Shown: piece after piece, positions 59,888 to 64,000 of the stretch | Layout of the letters: every line of letters starts with the position of its first letter | Position numbering within the stretch: the first letter of the stretch is position 1 | DNA from: Candidatus Hermodarchaeota archaeon | Lineage (GTDB): Archaea; Asgardarchaeota; Thorarchaeia; Thorarchaeales; Thorarchaeaceae | NCBI GenBank assembly: GCA_048885865.1 | Contig: JBHLLF010000001.1 | Coordinates: 64,001 to 128,000, forward strand | Length of the DNA stretch: 64,000 nt | Reading direction: 5' to 3' | Notes under the pieces: generated by a model | The model's database searches: none | The model's input: only the letters and a program-made list of their open reading frames with translations | Told to the model about the DNA's origin: nothing | Made by a program: the position numbers and the translations under genes

Positions 59888-61219
59888 CTAGATGACGACA
59901 CTCTCAACCTCGACCTTTCTGTTCTTTTGGCTAAGAGTGTCTGCCGGCATCTTCCTCCCGCCATATAGCTCGGCATCAGCTTCACCTCGATAGAGAGCAT
60001 CAGCAATTCTGGCCATTGCATCGGCTTTCATAATACCTGAACCACTGGCGCCATTCAATACCAGCACTCCGCAATCATAATAGACGAAAGGTATTGCATC
60101 TGGACTATAGCTGTAGCCTCCAGCCCAGCTACCGACAGGCCTCGCGCCTTCGAATCCCGGGAAGTATTTGGATAGAACAGGATAGACACTGTTCTCGTAG
60201 TATGCGCTTTCAGGATTGTCATAATCTGGAGGCTGAATGTAATCGTATCTCCTACCCAGCTTATCTCCGCATCCTATCCAGAATCCTCGTTCTTGGACTT
60301 GTGGCCTGAAGTATACTCCAGCCGAAGGTAGAATTGTGAATGGTATGGTGTTCATTTCACTGAATCCTTTTGTGTCTAGCAATTCCTCCAAACCTGGCTT
60401 TCCCTCAGCATGAAGCACATAGATATGCCGCTTCTTAGCTTTTGTGCGGCTGTCCATTCCTATCGGATCTAGTAACTCGTTCGACCAAGCGCCGGTGGCT
60501 AGGACCACAGTGTCAGCGCGGATTATCCCATCCTTCGTCTTGACGCCGGTCACCCTTTTCTTCTGCCACACATAGGGCTCGCCAGGAAGGTCCAGCTTTG
60601 GATCTGCCTCCAGAAGAAGACTGTCTACATTCACATTGAATCTTGGCTTGACATCGCTGATCTTCTTGAATTCCTCGAAGTACCACTCAACTAGTCTTGT
60701 AGGATCCAGTACGCCACAATCTCCTCCAAATAGACCGTAGTCAACCTCTTGGAGGTTCATTAGCTCTGCTTCTTCATCATTGGAGAAGTCTACATTGAGA
60801 CCAGGAATCATCTCCTTGAGCTGCTTCTTATCATATACTTTGTAATGGATACCTGACTCATCCATTCTTCGTATCCAGTTCTGAACACTTTCATGATTGA
60901 ACTGAGAGTCGCTGAGCAGCCAGAGATAGCCACACTTCTCAAAGAGAAGCTCGTATCCGATATCGTTCTGGACGTGTTCGAAGTACTTGATCGATGTGTC
61001 TGTCAGCAATTGATTTGTGGACGATGCGAACATGTTTCTCACAGCAGCCGCGCTCATAGCTGTATTTGCCTGCCCGGCCATTGACATTCTATCGAGAAGA
61101 AGGATCTTCTTCTCAGGGCCATTCTTCTGGAGATAATATGCTGCTGCAACTCCTATAACACCTGCACCTACAATGACGATATCGAATGATTCCTCTGCTG
61201 ACAATTCAGCTACCTCCAC
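59888..61219 (-). CDS. FAD-dependent oxidoreductase (DAO / sarcosine oxidase beta-like)
   Basis: GAGVIG, VVLATGAWS, WAG.Y...PD, GSGIM. Confidence 0.87.
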   Translation of the reverse strand: MEVAELSAEESFDIVIVGAGVIGVAAAYYLQKNGPEKKILLLDRMSMAGQANTAMSAAAVRNMFASSTNQLLTDTSIKYFEHVQNDIGYELLFEKCGYLWLLSDSQFNHESVQNWIRRMDESGIHYKVYDKKQLKEMIPGLNVDFSNDEEAELMNLQEVDYGLFGGDCGVLDPTRLVEWYFEEFKKISDVKPRFNVNVDSLLLEADPKLDLPGEPYVWQKKRVTGVKTKDGIIRADTVVLATGAWSNELLDPIGMDSRTKAKKRHIYVLHAEGKPGLEELLDTKGFSEMNTIPFTILPSAGVYFRPQVQERGFWIGCGDKLGRRYDYIQPPDYDNPESAYYENSVYPVLSKYFPGFEGARPVGSWAGGYSYSPDAIPFVYYDCGVLVLNGASGSGIMKADAMARIADALYRGEADAELYGGRKMPADTLSQKNRKVEVESVVI

Positions 61220-61267
61220 ATCACGGCCGCGGTGGTTGTATGCGCGCCTAAAACCTTTTGCGCTCAG

Positions 61268-61879
61268 TCATTTGGGAAGATTAAGGATTATTACCTTGAT
61301 TGCTTCAGCAATCGTACCCAAAGGCATGGTTGCAAGCTGTGGATTCTCCTTCTCTATTGCCTGTTGTGGAAGTGGAGGTACATGAATGAATGTCGCCATG
61401 AGGTTCATCTCGCTGGCACCAATCCATTCCATGACTTTGTAAATCAACCAGTTGCATCCATAGACTCCCGCATGGTAGCTCACAAAGGCTGGGATGTCTT
61501 CATTCTTGAGTGCTTTGACCAATGGATGAGGATCAATATTAGTGAAATAGGCTGGAGGCCCTTGATCAGAGATCAAATCAGTTTCGGGGATATAGCCGTA
61601 GTTGTCTGCTCTCGTGGTGCTTATCGCGTTGACTGCAATTCTTTCAATTGTTATTGCTGGTCTATTTGCTTGACCGGTGCATAGGAGTGCATTAGGAGAA
61701 TAGTCTTCAATAAGCTCTTCTAGCAGTGAAAATGCTTTCCTGTAATCCAAAGGAAGAACTTCGCCTACAACCTCGAAGTTGCCAATTCTTGTGCCCTCGA
61801 CAACCTGTGCAAGTTCAGCTGATGGATTTACTGAAAATCCATCAAAAGGCTCGAATCCAGTGATTAGTGCTTTCGGCAT
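61268..61879 (-). CDS. pcp: Pyroglutamyl-peptidase I
   Basis: TGFEPF, NPS, IERIA, G.Y.CN, FIHVP. Confidence 0.93.
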   Translation of the reverse strand: MPKALITGFEPFDGFSVNPSAELAQVVEGTRIGNFEVVGEVLPLDYRKAFSLLEELIEDYSPNALLCTGQANRPAITIERIAVNAISTTRADNYGYIPETDLISDQGPPAYFTNIDPHPLVKALKNEDIPAFVSYHAGVYGCNWLIYKVMEWIGASEMNLMATFIHVPPLPQQAIEKENPQLATMPLGTIAEAIKVIILNLPK

Positions 61880-61944
61880 GATGTTCTGCCATTAAGATAG
61901 CATGCATTTTAGCACTGCGATTTCAAGAGCCAGGACACTGGATT

Positions 61945-62604
61945 CTAAAAGATCGAGGCTATAATGAACCATATTCCCAATAGAATCTGAAAGACTCCTA
62001 TACCGACACTAATCCAGTTAATTCCGCCCACCTTCACAGTCTTGGTCGCCTTATCTGAACCAAATGACAGAAATGCCCCAAAAGCGAAGTCTGTAGAAAT
62101 ATGAGTGAAGTACATCAAAACGCCTGCAAGGAAGACGGTGCCAATGCCAACCTGTAGCTCCGCCACCAGCAGCGTCACACTTGAAAGCCCTATGGCAAAC
62201 CACCACAGGAGGAAGTACGGCGAGAGAAGACTGACCACAGCTCCTTGAGCAGTAGCTTCTATCATCGTAGATGTACCACTCCGCTCCTTGTCTTCTGGAA
62301 ATCGGCTCGCGTCTTTGTGACGATAGTCCCTCAGTGCCAGGAATCCAAAAAGAATGACAACAAAGCCTCCGAATCCTGCAATCAGGTCAATTGCAAAATC
62401 GGATAGTTCAAAGGATTCAACGCCAACGATAATCGCTACAATGATTCCTAGCTCAATGATAGCGTGACCAACCATTGGAAGTATCCCATGGAGCTTGTCG
62501 TGTCGACTAGCCTGCATGACCACAGCTGCTGAGAGTGGTCCTGGCGCGAGTGCTCCAGTCAGAGACACCATCCACCAGAATGCAAGTATTTCGACTACTC
62601 CCAT
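61945..62604 (-). CDS. LysE family translocator
   Basis: GALAPGP, GH...E, SPYFLLWW. Confidence 0.86.
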   Translation of the reverse strand: MGVVEILAFWWMVSLTGALAPGPLSAAVVMQASRHDKLHGILPMVGHAIIELGIIVAIIVGVESFELSDFAIDLIAGFGGFVVILFGFLALRDYRHKDASRFPEDKERSGTSTMIEATAQGAVVSLLSPYFLLWWFAIGLSSVTLLVAELQVGIGTVFLAGVLMYFTHISTDFAFGAFLSFGSDKATKTVKVGGINWISVGIGVFQILLGIWFIIASIF

Positions 62605-62782
62605 GTTTCAGCCTCTCTCATTTCAGCGTTTAATGCCTCAAAAACGTGGTGCTATAGCTCTGGATATAGCCTAGAACTATATCTACATGTATCACGTGTA
62701 TTACAGACATTATACATTCGTTTCTAGAAAGCCTTAAGAGCTAAAAATCCGGAGCCGAGTGCAATCTCGGAGCTGCGCGCAA

Positions 62783-63916
62783 GTGAAACAAGTCCAGATA
62801 GTCGTACCCTTCGAGAAGACTGAAGCGGTTTACGATTTTCTTCTAGATGGTCTCAACGTGAAGAATATCATGAAGTTCACGTCAGATAATGCACACCTAC
62901 TCACCTTTAGAATTCCAGATGATGGAGCACTAGAGACTATGGAGAAACTCAAGTCACGAGGGGTTGGAGTTGAGTTTGGATTCATAGATATCCTCGACTT
63001 GAAGGCATCTCTACCAAGAGAGAGTGAGGAAGTTCGAGAAGGCATTATGCAGAGAGATGCGTCACTCGCTGTTGAAGAGATCTATGAGAATGTAAAGTCT
63101 CACTCATCTTTGAGCTTCGATTTCCTTGCCTTCACGATTTTCGCCGCAGCAATGGCTGGATTCGGGCTCATCATGAACAATGTGACCATAATTGTCGCTT
63201 CCATGCTGCTGAGCCCTCTCATGGGCCCGATGCTGGCAGTGGCCTTGGGATATGTTGTACAGGATCGCAATCTATTTGTTAAGGGAACTGTCAACGAGCT
63301 GATCTCCTTGGGTTTATCCCTAGCAGTAGGGGTTGTTCTTGCGATAATCATCGCAGTTGCAGATCCGACTTACATGACGGTAGTAGAGAATGATGTTGCT
63401 TCGAGAATCTATACTGAGATTACAAGGCGAGGTGGAATACCAATTGAGTTCCCATTCTCATCTTGGGATATTGGCGTCGCTATCTTCTCGGGTGCTGCCG
63501 TAGCAATATCGGTCACCAGAGGTGACATGTCATCACTTGTTGGTGTTGCCATTTCAGCTGCACTTATGCCGCCAGCAGTAAATGCTTCTCTGATGGTCGT
63601 GCTTGGTACTCTCACGGGTTCTTCAGTTGGCATATCAATAGGAGTGAATTCAATTCTTCTACTTGGAATGAACATAATTTTCATTGACGTATTTGCAATT
63701 GTGATGTTCAGAATAAAGAGACTCACCCCGATGGCAGACAAGTCGGCCACATGGAGGGCTGTGACTGAGTTCAGGCAGACCCGTTCTGAGAGTCTTTATC
63801 ACATTGCGAATAATGAGTCTGGCACTAAGTCAGCAGCAACTTTCACACCCGCTCCAACATCTACGCCATCCCCCGCGAAGGACAAACCACAGAGTTCGGA
63901 TGATTCAGCTGAATAG
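62783..63916 (+). CDS. DUF389/TIGR00341 family membrane protein
   Basis: SMLLSPLMGP, GVAISAALMPPA. Confidence 0.86.
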   Translation: MKQVQIVVPFEKTEAVYDFLLDGLNVKNIMKFTSDNAHLLTFRIPDDGALETMEKLKSRGVGVEFGFIDILDLKASLPRESEEVREGIMQRDASLAVEEIYENVKSHSSLSFDFLAFTIFAAAMAGFGLIMNNVTIIVASMLLSPLMGPMLAVALGYVVQDRNLFVKGTVNELISLGLSLAVGVVLAIIIAVADPTYMTVVENDVASRIYTEITRRGGIPIEFPFSSWDIGVAIFSGAAVAISVTRGDMSSLVGVAISAALMPPAVNASLMVVLGTLTGSSVGISIGVNSILLLGMNIIFIDVFAIVMFRIKRLTPMADKSATWRAVTEFRQTRSESLYHIANNESGTKSAATFTPAPTSTPSPAKDKPQSSDDSAE

Positions 63917-64000
63917 TGAGTAGAAATCCGCACCTGGTAATACTCGCTTTCTTAGAATTCTAACTAGGGTTAACACTTGATTGGAGTCAGATGAAAGATG

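Noticed and set aside
236-63750. Many short antisense or alternative-frame ORFs in the track (e.g. 37336-37872, 30258-30470, 12851-13195)
   Set aside because: Shadows of well-supported genes or regulatory DNA, with no motifs or RBS

Overview
Gene-dense archaeal chromosomal window, most likely from an Asgard archaeon (Thorarchaeia-like). This is inferred from a profilin-fold gene, tandem Rab-like GTPases, archaeal BRE/TATA promoters and a geranylgeranyl reductase. Housekeeping content includes peptidases (S9, M3B, M50B-like, Pcp), a BMP-type nucleoside/sugar ABC transporter, a LipS2-LplA-LplB lipoylation cluster, pstSCAB-phoU divergent from a Na/Pi cotransporter, bacterial-type PfkA, CorA, an orphan DNA methyltransferase and several secreted beta-rich proteins. 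No rRNA, tRNA, CRISPR array or transposase was seen. The most striking unexplained structure is non-coding. (1) At 30240-30820 three copies of a palindromic operator lie about 180 bp apart. Two sit in tandem minus-strand promoters that each start a stem-closed RNA (a ~80-nt sRNA, and a ~125-nt leader of a small secreted CxxC peptide), divergent from a ribbon-helix-helix regulator. (2) A 124-bp structured module (103/124 identical, no gaps) is duplicated upstream of two unrelated envelope genes. Other notable items are a His-less PAS kinase fused to thioredoxin, an Elf1-like zinc ribbon inserted in an MBL hydrolase, a PIP-box zinc-finger protein, a ribosomal-protein-like microprotein and probable CTG initiation. 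All product calls are from motif recognition by eye; no searches were run.
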